Shown here in pieces: positions 12,845 through 26,043 of a stretch of DNA of 64,000 bases. The position numbers were made by a program, and so were the translations under genes. The number at the start of each line of letters is the position of its first letter. The stretch's first letter is position 1. The notes under the pieces are model-generated. The model did not search any database. It had not been told where the DNA came from and worked only from the letters and a program-made list of their open reading frames with translations. The stretch covers positions 744,001-808,000 of the forward strand of contig OZ059894.1 in NCBI GenBank assembly GCA_964057225.1, given 5' to 3'. The DNA is from Auanema rhodensis. Taxonomy: Eukaryota > Animalia > Nematoda.

Positions 12845-15800
12845 CATGGTTGCCATGCACCAATATCAATAAAAATTTGTTTTTAGACTAATATGGACAT
12901 GGGGAATCTAATTTTAAAAACCGCATCTCTTTATCTTTCACGTGAAGCAAGTTACATACCAAGTGCACATCACGTGTACATTTAATTAGCATAAATTTAA
13001 GTTCACGTAAAATTCACAGTCATGGTTACCATGCACCAATATCAATAAAAATTTGTTTTTAGACTAATATGGACATGGGGAATCTAATTTTGAAAACCGC
13101 ATCTCTTCATCTTTCACGTGAAGCGAGTTTCATACCAAGTGCACATCACGTGTACATTTAATTAGCATAAATTAAAGTTCACGTAAATTTCAAAGTCATG
13201 GTTACCATGCACCAATATCAATAAAAATTTGTTTTTAGACTAATATATACATGGGGAATCTAATTTTGAAAACCGCATCTCTTTATCTTTCACGTGAAGC
13301 GAGTTACATACCAAGTGCACATCACGTGTACATTTAATTAGCATAAATTAAAGTTCACGTAAATTTCAAAGTCATGGTTACCATGAACCAATATCAATAA
13401 AAATTTGTTTTTAGACTAATATGGACATGGGGAATCTAATTTTGAAAACCGCATCTCTTCATCTTTCACGTGAAGCGAGTTACATACCAAGTGCACATCA
13501 CGTGTACATTTAATTAGCATAAATTAAAGTTCACGTGAATTTCAAAGTCATGGTTACCATGCACCAATATCAATAAAAATTTGTTTTTAGACTAATATGG
13601 ACATGGGGAATCTAATTTTGAAAACCGCATCTCTTTATCTTTCACGTGAAGCGAGTTACATACCAAGTGCACATCACGTGTACATTTAATTAGCATAAAT
13701 TAAAGTTCACGTAAATTTCAAAGTCATGGTTACCATGAACCAATATCAATAAAAATTTGTTTTTAGACTAATATGGACATGGGGAATCTAATTTTGAAAA
13801 CCGCATCTCTTTATCTTTCACGTGAAGCGAGTTACATACCAAGTGCACATCACGTGTACATTTAATTAGCATAAATTTAAGTTCACGTAAATTTCAAAGT
13901 CATGGTTACCATGAACCAATATCAATAAAAATTTGTTTTTAGACTAATATGGACATGGGCAATCTAATTTTGAAAACCGCATCTCTTTATCTTTCACGTG
14001 AAGCGAGTTACATACCAAGTGCACATCACGTGTACATTTAATTAGCATAAATTAAAGTTCAAGTAAATTTCAAAGTCATGGTTGCCATGCACCAATATCA
14101 ATAAAAATTTGTTTTTAGACTAATATGGACATGGGGAATCTAATTTTGTAAACCGCATCTCTTTATCTTTCACGTGAAGCAAGTTACATACCAAGTGCAC
14201 ATCACGTGTACATTTAATTAGCATAAATTTAAGTTCACGTAAAATTCAAAGTCATGGTTACCATGAACCAATATCAATAAAAATTTGTTTTTAGACTAAT
14301 ATGGACATGGAGAATCTAATTTTGAAAACCGCATCTCTTTATCTTTCACGTGAAGCGAGATACATACCAAGTGCACATCACGTGTACATTTAATTAGCAT
14401 AAATTAAAGTTCACGTAAATTTCAAAGTCATGGTTACCATGCACCAATATCAATAAAAATTTGTTTTTAGACTAATATGGACATGGGGAATCTAATTTTA
14501 AAAACCGCATCTCTTTATCTTTCACGTGAAGCGAGTTACATACCAAGTGCACATCACGTGTACATTTAATTAGCATAAATTAAAATTCACGTAAATTTCA
14601 AAGTCATGGTTACCATGAACCAATATCAATAAAAATTTGTTTTTAGACTAATATGGACATGGGGAATCTAATTTTGAAAACCGCATCTCTTTATCTTTCA
14701 CGTGAAGCGAGTTACATACCAAGTGCACATCACGTGTACATTTAATTAGCATAAATTAAAGTTCACGTAAATTTCAAAGTCATGGTTACCATGCACCAAT
14801 ATCAATAAAAATTTGTTTTTAGACTAATATGGACATGGGGAATCTAATTTTAAAAACCGCATCTCTTTATCTTTCACGTGAAGCGAGTTACATACCAAGT
14901 GCACATCACGTGTACATTTAATTAGCATAAATTAAAATTCACGTAAATTTCAAAGTCATGGTTACCATGAACCAATATCAATAAAAATTTGTTTTTAGAC
15001 TAATATGGACATGGGGAATCTAATTTTGAAAACCGCATCTCTTTATCTTTCACGTGAAGCGAGTTACATACCAAGTGCACATCACGTGTACATTTAATTA
15101 GCATAAATTTAAGTTCACGTAAATTTCAAAGTCATGGTTACCATGAACCAATATCAATAAAAATTTGTTTTTAGACTAATATGGACATGGGCAATCTAAT
15201 TTTGAAAACCGCATCTCTTTATCTTTCACGTGAAGCGAGTTACATACCAAGTGCACATCACGTGTACATTTAATTAGCATAAATTAAAGTTCAAGTAAAT
15301 TTCAAAGTCATGGTTGCCATGCACCAATATCAATAAAAATTTGTTTTTAGACTAATATGGACATGGGGAATCTAATTTTGTAAACCGCATCTCTTTATCT
15401 TTCACGTGAAGCAAGTTACATACCAAGTGCACATCACGTGTACATTTAATTAGCATAAATTTAAGTTCACGTAAAATTCAAAGTCATGGTTACCATGAAC
15501 CAATATCAATAAAAATTTGTTTTTAGACTAATATGGACATGGAGAATCTAATTTTGAAAACCGCATCTCTTTATCTTTCACGTGAAGCGAGATACATACC
15601 AAGTGCACATCACGTGTACATTTAATTAGCATAAATTAAAGTTCACGTAAATTTCAAAGTCATGGTTACCATGCACCAATATCAATAAAAATTTGTTTTT
15701 AGACTAATATGGACATGGGGAATCTAATTTTAAAAACCGCATCTCTTTATCTTTCACGTGAAGCGAGTTACATACCAAGTGCACATCACGTGTACATTTA

Positions 15801-18300
15801 ATTAGCATAAATTAAAATTCACGTAAATTTCAAAGTCATGGTTACCATGAACCAATATCAATAAAAATTTGTTTTTAGACTAATATGGACATGGGGAATC
15901 TAATTTTGAAAACCGCATCTCTTTATCTTTCACGTGAAGCGAGTTACATACCAAGTGCACATCACGTGTACATTTAATTAGCATAAATTAAAGTTCAAGT
16001 AAATTTCAAAGTCATGGTTGCCATGCACCAATATCAATAAAAATTTGTTTTTAGACTAATATGGACATGGGGAATCTAATTTTGAAAACCGCATCTCTTT
16101 ATCTTTCACGTGAAGCAAGTTACATACCAAGTGCACATCACGTGTACATTTAATTAGCATAAATTTAAGTTCACGTAAAATTCACAGTCATGGTTACCAT
16201 GCACCAATATCAATAAAAATTTGTTTTTAGACTAATATGGACATGGGGAATCTAATTTTGAAAACCGCATCTCTTCATCTTTCACGTGAAGCGAGTTTCA
16301 TACCAAGTGCACATCACGTGTACATTTAATTAGCATAAATTAAAGTTCACGTAAATTTCAAAGTCATGGTTACCATGCACCAATATCAATAAAAATTTGT
16401 TTTTAGACTAATATATACATGGGGAATCTAATTTTGAAAACCGCATCTCTTTATCTTTCACGTGAAGCGAGTTACATACCAAGTGCACATCACGTGTACA
16501 TTTAATTAGCATAAATTAAAGTTCACGTAAATTTCAAAGTCATGGTTACCATGAACCAATATCAATAAAAATTTGTTTTTAGACTAATATGGACATGGGG
16601 AATCTAATTTTGAAAACCGCATCTCTTCATCTTTCACGTGAAGCGAGTTACATACCAAGTGCACATCACGTGTACATTTAATTAGCATAAATTAAAGTTC
16701 ACGTGAATTTCAAAGTCATGGTTACCATGCACCAATATCAATAAAAATTTGTTTTTAGACTAATATGGACATGGGGAATCTAATTTTGAAAACCGCATCT
16801 CTTTATCTTTCACGTGAAGCGAGTTACATACCAAGTGCACATCACGTGTACATTTAATTAGCATAAATTAAAGTTCACGTAAATTTCAAAGTCATGGTTA
16901 CCATGAACCAATATCAATAAAAATTTGTTTTTAGACTAATATGGACATGGGGAATCTAATTTTGAAAACCGCATCTCTTTATCTTTCACGTGAAGCGAGT
17001 TACATACCAAGTGCACATCACGTGTACATTTAATTAGCATAAATTTAAGTTCACGTAAATTTCAAAGTCATGGTTACCATGAACCAATATCAATAAAAAT
17101 TTGTTTTTAGACTAATATGGACATGGGCAATCTAATTTTGAAAACCGCATCTCTTTATCTTTCACGTGAAGCGAGTTACATACCAAGTGCACATCACGTG
17201 TACATTTAATTAGCATAAATTAAAGTTCAAGTAAATTTCAAAGTCATGGTTGCCATGCACCAATATCAATAAAAATTTGTTTTTAGACTAATATGGACAT
17301 GGGGAATCTAATTTTGTAAACCGCATCTCTTTATCTTTCACGTGAAGCAAGTTACATACCAAGTGCACATCACGTGTACATTTAATTAGCATAAATTTAA
17401 GTTCACGTAAAATTCAAAGTCATGGTTACCATGAACCAATATCAATAAAAATTTGTTTTTAGACTAATATGGACATGGAGAATCTAATTTCGAAAACCGC
17501 ATCTCTTTATCTTTCACGTGAAGCGAGATACATACCAAGTGCACATCACGTGTACATTTAATTAGCATAAATTAAAGTTCACGTAAATTTCAAAGTCATG
17601 GTTACCATGCACCAATATCAATAAAAATTTGTTTTTAGACTAATATGGACATGGGGAATCTAATTTTAAAAACCGCATCTCTTTATCTTTCACGTGAAGC
17701 GAGTTACATACCAAGTGCACATCACGTGTACATTTAATTAGCATAAATTAAAGTTCAAGTAAATTTCAAAGTCATGGTTGCCATGCACCAATATCAATAA
17801 AAATTTGTTTTTAGACTAATATGGACATGGGGAATCTAATTTTGTAAACCGCATCTCTTTATCTTTCACGTGAAGCAAGTTACATACCAAGTGCACATCA
17901 CGTGTACATTTAATTAGCATAAATTTAAGTTCACGTAAAATTCAAAGTCATGGTTACCATGAACCAATATCAATAAAAATTTGTTTTTAGACTAATATGG
18001 ACATGGAGAATCTAATTTTGAAAACCGCATCTCTTTATCTTTCACGTGAAGCGAGATACATACCAAGTGCACATCACGTGTACATTTAATTAGCATAAAT
18101 TAAAGTTCACGTAAATTTCAAAGTCATGGTTACCATGCACCAATATCAATAAAAATTTGTTTTTAGACTAATATGGACATGGGGAATCTAATTTTAAAAA
18201 CCGCATCTCTTTATCTTTCACGTGAAGCGAGTTACATACCAAGTGCACATCACGTGTACATTTAATTAGCATAAATTAAAATTCACGTAAAGTTCAAAGT
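12845..18300 (+). repeat. Nested HOR block: ~10-mer 12845-14604 repeated at 16013-17772, with internal sub-duplications
   Basis: Ordered markers CACAG, GTTTCAT, TATATAC, CGTGAAT, GGGCAAT, TGTAAAC, GAGATAC recur at an offset of 3168 bp (18 monomers). Subsets recur at offsets of 1232 and 528 bp. Confidence 0.85.
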
Positions 18301-21300
18301 CATGGTTACCATGAACCAATATCAATAAAAATTTGTTTTTAGACTAATATGGACATGGGGAATCTAATTTTGAAAACCGCATCTCATTATCTTTCACGTG
18401 AAGCGAGTTACATACCAAGTGCACATCACGTGTACATTTAATTAGCATAAATTAAAGTTCACGTAAATTTCAAAGTCATGGTTACCATGCACCAATATCA
18501 ATAAAAATTGGTTTGTAGACTAATATGGACATGGAGAATCTAATTTTGAAAACCGCATCTCTTCATCTTTCACGTGAAGCGAGTTTCATACCAAGTGCAC
18601 ATCACGTGTACATTTAATTAGCATAAATTAAAGTTCACGTAAATTTCAAAGTCATGGTTACCATGCACCAATTTCAATAAAAATTTGTTTTTAGACTAAT
18701 ATGGACATGGGGAATCTAATTTTAAAAACCGCATCTCTTTATCTTTCACGTGAAGCGAGTTACATACCAAGTGCACATCACGTGTACATTTAATTAGCAT
18801 AAATTAAAGTTCACGTAAATTTCAAAGTCATGGTTACCATGCACCAATATCAATAAAAATTTGTTTTTAGACTAATATGGACATGGGGAATCTAATTTTG
18901 AAAACCGCATCTCTTTATCTTTCACGTGAAGCAAGTTACATACCAAGTGCACATCACGTGTACATTTAATTAGCATAAATTTAAGTTCACGTAAAATTCA
19001 CAGTCATGGTTACCATGCACCAATATCAATAAAAATTTGTTTTTAGACTAATATGGACATGGGGAATCTAATTTTGAAAACCGCATCTCTTCATCTTTCA
19101 CGTGAAGCGAGTTTCATACCAAGTGCACATCACGTGTACATTTAATTAGCATAAATTAAAGTTCACGTAAATTTCAAAGTCATGGTTACCATGCACCAAT
19201 ATCAATCAAAATTTGTTTTTAGACTAATATATACATGGGGAATCTAATTTTGAAAACCGCATCTCTTTATCTTTCACGTGAAGCGAGTTACATACCAAGT
19301 GCACATCACGTGTACATTTAATTAGCATAAATTAAAGTTCACGTAAATTTCAAAGTCATGGTTACCATGAACCAATATCAATAAAAATTTGTTTTAGACT
19401 AATATGGACATGGGGAATCTAATTTTGAAAACCGCATCTCTTTATCTTTCACGTGAAGCGAGTTACATACCAAGTGCACATCACGTGTACATTTAATTAG
19501 CATAAATTAAAGTTCACGTAAATTTCAAAGTCATGGTTACCATGAACCAATATCAATAAAAATTTGTTTTTAGACTAATATGGACATGGGGAATCTAATT
19601 TTGAAAACCGCATCTCTTTATCTTTCACGTGAAGCGAGTTACATACCAAGTGCACATCACGTGTACATTTAATTAGCATAAATTAAAGTTCACGTAAATT
19701 TCAAAGTCATGGTTACCATGAACCAATATCAATAAAAATTTGTTTTTAGACTAATATGGACATGGGGAATCTAATTTTGAAAACCGCATCTCTTTATCTT
19801 TCACGTGAAGCGAGTTACATACCAAGTGCACATCACGTGTACATTTAATTAGCATAAATTAAAGTTCACGTAAATTTCAAAGTCATGGTTACCATGAACC
19901 AATATCAATAAAAATTTGTTTTTAGACTAATATGGACATGTGGAATCTAATTTCGGAAACCGCATCTCTTTATCTTTCACGTGAAGCGAGTTACATACCA
20001 AGTGCACATCACGTGTACATTTAATTAGCATAAATTAAAGTTCACGTAAACTTCAAAGTCATGGTTACCATGAACCAATATCAATAAAAATTTGTTTTTA
20101 GACTAATATGGACATGGGGATTCTAATTTTGAAAACCGCATCTCTTTATCTTTCACGTGAAGCGAGTTACATACCAAGTGCACATCACGTGTACATTTAA
20201 TTAGCATAAATTAAAGTTCACGTAAATTTCAAAGTCATGGTTACCATGAACCAATATCAATAAAAATTTGTTTTTAGACTAATATGGACATGGGGAATCT
20301 AATTTTGAAAACCGCATCTCTTTATCTTTCACGTGAAGCGAGTTACATACCAAGTGCACATCACGTGTACATTTAATTAGCATAAATTAAAGTTCACGTA
20401 AATTTCAAAGTCATGGTTACCATGAACCAATATCAATAAAAATTTGTTTTTAGACTAATATGGACATGGGGAATCTAATTTTGAAAACCGCATCTCTTTA
20501 TCTTTCACGTGACGCGAGTTACATACCAAGTGCACATCACGTGTACATTTAATTAGCATAAATTAAAGTTCACGTAAATTTCAAAGTCATGGTTACCATG
20601 CACTAATATCAATAAAAATTTGTTTTTAGACTAATATGGACACGAAGAATCTAATTTTGAAAACCGCATCTCTTTATCTTTCACGTGAAGCGAGTTACAT
20701 ACCAAGTGCACATCACGTGTACATTTAATTAGCATAAATTAAAGTTCACGTAAATTTCAAAGTCATGGTTACCATGCACCAATATCAATAAAAATTGGTT
20801 TTTAGACTAATATGGACATGGGGAATCTAATTTTGAAAACCGCATCTCTTTACCTTTCACGTGAAGCGAGTTACATACCAAGTGCACATCACGTGTACAT
20901 TTAATTAGCATAAATTAAAGTTCACGTAAATTTCAAAGTCATGGTTACCATGAAGCAATATCAATAAAAATTTGTTTTTAGACTAATATGGACATGGGGA
21001 ATCTAATTTTGAAAACCGCATCTCTTTATCTTTCACGTGAAGCGAGTTACATACCAAGTGCACATCACGTGTACATTTAATTAGCATAAATTAAAGTTCA
21101 CGTAAATTTCAAAGTCATGGTTACCATGAACCAATATCAATAAAAATTTGTTTTTAGACTAATATGGACATGGGGAATCTAATTTTGAAAACCGCATCTC
21201 TTTATCTTTCACGTGAAGCGAGTTACATACCAAGTGCACATCACGTGTACATTTAATTAGCATAAATTAAAGTTCACGTAAATTTCAAAGTCATGGTTAC

Positions 21301-22347
21301 CATGAACCAATATCAATAAAAATTTGTTTTTAGACTAATATGGACATGGGGAATCTAATTTTGAAAACCGCATCTCTTCATCTTTCACGTGAAGCGAGTT
21401 ACATACCAAGTGCACATCACGTGTACATTTAATTAGCATAAATTAAAGTTCACGTAAATTTCAAAGTCATGGTTACCATGCACCAATATCAATAAAAATT
21501 TGTTTTTAGACTAATATGGACATGGGGAATCTAATTTTGAAAACCGCATCTCTTTATCTTTCACGTGAAGCGAGTTACATACCAAGTGCACATCACGTGT
21601 ACATTTAATTAGCATAAATTAAAGTTCACGTAAATTTCAAAGTCATGGTTACCATGCACCAATATCAATAAAAATTTGTTTTTAGACTAATATGGACATG
21701 GGGAATCTAATTTTAAAAACCGCATCTCTTTATCTTTCACGTGAAGCGAGTTACATACCAAGTGCACATCACGTGTACATTTAATTAGCATAAATTAAAA
21801 TTCACGTAAATTTCAAAGTCATGGTTACCATGAACCAATATCAATAAAAATTTGTTTTTAGACTAATATGGACATGGGGAATCTAATTTTGAAAACCGCA
21901 TCTCTTTATCTTTCACGTGAAGCGAGTTACATACCAAGTGCACATCACGTGTACATTTAATTAGCATAAATTAAAGTTCACGTAAATTTCAAAGTCATGG
22001 TTACCATGCACCAATATCAATAAAAATTGGTTTGTAGACTAATATGGACATGGAGAATCTAATTTTGAAAACCGCATCTCTTTATCTTTCACGTGAAGCG
22101 AGTTACATACCAAGTGCACATCACGTGTACATTTAATTAGCATAAATTAAAGTTCACGTAAATTTCAAAGTCATGGATACCATGCACCAATATCAATAAA
22201 AATTTGTTTTTAGACTAATATGGACATGGAGAATCTAATTTTGAAAACCGCATCTCTTTATCTTTCAAGTGAAGCGAGTTACATACCAAGTGCACATCAC
22301 GTGTACATTTAATTAGCATAAATTAAAGTTCACGTAAATTTCAAAGT

Positions 22348-25300
22348 CATGGATACCATGCACCAATATCAATAAAAATTTGTTTTTAGACTAATATGGA
22401 CATGGGGAATCTAATTTTGAAAACCGCATCTCTTTATCTTTCACGTGAAGCGAGTTACATACCAAGTGCACATCACGTGTACATTTAATTAGCATAAATT
22501 AAAGTTCACGTAAATTTCAAAGTCATGGTTACCATGCACCAATATCAATAAAAATTTGTTTTTAGACTAATATGGACATGGGGAATCTAATTTTGAAAAC
22601 CGCATCTCTTTATCTTTCACGTGAAGCAAGTTACATACCAAGTGCACATCACGTGTACATTTAATTAGCATAAATTTAAGTTCACGTAAATTTCAAAGTC
22701 ATGGTTACCATGAACCAATATCAATAAAAATTTGTTTTTAGACTAATATGGACATGGGAAATCTAATTTTGAAAACCGCATCTCTTTATCTTTCACGTGA
22801 AGCGAGTTACATACCAAGTGCACATCACGTGTACATTTAATTAGCATAAATTAAAGTTCACGTAAATTTCAAAGTCATGGTTACCATGCACCAATATCAA
22901 TAAAAATTTGTTTTTAGACTAATATATACATGGGGAATCTAATTTTGAAAACCGCATCTCTTTATCTTTCACGTGAAGCGAGTTACATACCAAGTGCACA
23001 TCACGTGTACATTTAATTAGCATAAATTAAAGTTCACGTAAATTTCAAAGTCATGGTTACCATGAACCAATATCAATAAAAATTTGTTTTTAGACTAATA
23101 TGGACATGGGGAATCTAATTTTGAAAACCGCATCTCTTCATCTTTCACGTGAAGCGAGTTACATACCAAGTGCACATCACGTGTACATTTAATTAGCATA
23201 AATTAAAGTTCACGTAAATTTCAAAGTCATGGTTACCATGCACCAATATCAATAAAAATTTGTTTTTAGACTAATATGGACATGGGGAATCTAATTTTGA
23301 AAACCGCATCTCTTTATCTTTCACGTGAAGCAAGTTACATACCAAGTGCACATCACGTGTACATTTAATTAGCATAAATTAAAGTTCACGTAAATTTCAA
23401 AGTCATGGTTACCATGCACCAATATCAATAAAAATTTGTTTTTAGACTAATATGGACATGGGGAATCTAATTTTGAAAACCGCATCTCTTTATCTTTCAC
23501 GTGAAGCGAGTTACATACCAAGTGCACATCACGTGTACATTTAATTAGCATAAATTAAAGTTCACGTAAATTTCAAAGTCATGGTTACCATGCACCAATA
23601 TCAATAAAAATTTGTTTTTAGACTAATATGGACATGGGGAATCTAATTTTAAAAACCGCATCTCTTTATCTTTCACGTGAAGCGAGTTACATACCAAGTG
23701 CACATCACGTGTACATTTAATTAGCATAAATTAAAGTTCACGTAAATTTCAAAGTCATGGTTACCATGCACCAATATCAATAAAAATTTGTTTTTAGACT
23801 AATATGGACATGGGGAATCTAATTTTGAAAACCGCATCTCTTTATCTTTCACGTGAAGCGAGTTACATACCAAGTGCACATCACGTGTACATTTAATTAG
23901 CATAAATTAAAGTTCACGTAAATTTCAAAGTCATGGTTACCATGCACCAATATCAATAAAAATTTGTTTTTAGACTAATATGGACATGGGGAATCTAATT
24001 TTGAAAACCGCATCTCTTTATCTTTCACGTGAAGCGAGTTACATACCAAGTGCACATCACGTGTACATTTAATTAGCATAAATTAAAGTTCACGTAAATT
24101 TCAAAGTCATGGTTACCATGAACCAATATCAATAAAAATTTGTTTTTAGACTAATATGGACATGGGGAATCTAATTTTGAAAACCGCATCTCTTCATCTT
24201 TCACGTGAAGCGAGTTACATACCAAGTGCACATCACGTGTACATTTAATTAGCATAAATTAAAGTTCACGTAAATTTCAAAGTCATGGTTACCATGCACC
24301 AATATCAATAAAAATTTGTTTTTAGACTAATATGGACATGGGGAATCTAATTTTGAAAACCGCATCTCTTTATCTTTCACGTGAAGCAAGTTACATACCA
24401 AGTGCACATCACGTGTACATTTAATTAGCATAAATTAAAGTTCACGTAAATTTCAAAGTCATGGTTACCATGCACCAATATCAATAAAAATTTGTTTTTA
24501 GACTAATATGGACATGGGGAATCTAATTTTGAAAACCGCATCTCTTTATCTTTCACGTGAAGCGAGTTACATACCAAGTGCACATCACGTGTACATTTAA
24601 TTAGCATAAATTAAAGTTCACGTAAATTTCAAAGTCATGGTTACCATGCACCAATATCAATAAAAATTTGTTTTTAGACTAATATGGACATGGGGAATCT
24701 AATTTTAAAAACCGCATCTCTTTATCTTTCACGTGAAGCGAGTTACATACCAAGTGCACATCACGTGTACATTTAATTAGCATAAATTAAAGTTCACGTA
24801 AATTTCAAAGTCATGGATACCATGCACCAATATCAATAAAAATTTGTTTTTAGACTAATATGGACATGGGGAATCTAATTTTGAAAACCGCATCTCTTTA
24901 TCTTTCACGTGAAGCGAGTTACATACCAAGTGCACATCACGTGTACATTTAATTAGCATAAATTAAAGTTCACGTAAATTTCAAAGTCATGGTTACCATG
25001 CACCAATATCAATAAAAATTTGTTTTTAGACTAATATGGACATGGAGAATCTAATTTTGAAAACCGCATCTCTTTATCTTTCACGTGAAGCGAGTTACAT
25101 ACCAAGTGCACATCACGTGTACATTTAATTAGCATAAATTAAAGTTCACGTAAATTTCAAAGTCATGGATACCATGCACCAATATCAATAAAAATTTGTT
25201 TTTAGACTAATATGGACATGGGGAATCTAATTTTGAAAACCGCATCTCTTTATCTTTCACGTGAAGCGAGTTACATACCAAGTGCACATCACGTGTACAT

Positions 25301-26043
25301 TTAATTAGCATAAATTAAAGTTCACGTAAATTTCAAAGTCATGGTTACCATGCACCAATATCAATAAAAATTTGTTTTTAGACTAATATGGACATGGGGA
25401 ATCTAATTTTGAAAACCGCATCTCTTTATCTTTCACGTGAAGCAAGTTACATACCAAGTGCACATCACGTGTACATTTAATTAGCATAAATTTAAGTTCA
25501 CGTAAATTTCAAAGTCATGGTTACCATGAACCAATATCAATAAAAATTTGTTTTTAGACTAATATGGACATGGGAAATCTAATTTTGAAAACCGCATCTC
25601 TTTATCTTTCACGTGAAGCGAGTTACATACCAAGTGCACATCACGTGTACATTTAATTAGCATAAATTAAAGTTCACGTAAATTTCAAAGTCATGGTTAC
25701 CATGCACCAATATCAATAAAAATTTGTTTTTAGACTAATATATACATGGGGAATCTAATTTTGAAAACCGCATCTCTTTATCTTTCACGTGAAGCGAGTT
25801 ACATACCAAGTGCACATCACGTGTACATTTAATTAGCATAAATTAAAGTTCACGTAAATTTCAAAGTCATGGTTACCATGAACCAATATCAATAAAAATT
25901 TGTTTTTAGACTAATATGGACATGGGGAATCTAATTTTGAAAACCGCATCTCTTCATCTTTCACGTGAAGCGAGTTACATACCAAGTGCACATCACGTGT
26001 ACATTTAATTAGCATAAATTAAAGTTCACGTAAATTTCAAAGT
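22348..26043 (+). repeat. 5-monomer block 22348-23227 repeated at 25164-26043; 4-monomer block 23052-23755 repeated at 24108-24811
   Basis: Ordered markers GGATACC, GCAAG/AATTTAAG, GGGAAAT, TATATAC, TTCATC at an offset of 2816 bp; second block at an offset of 1056 bp. Confidence 0.8.
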
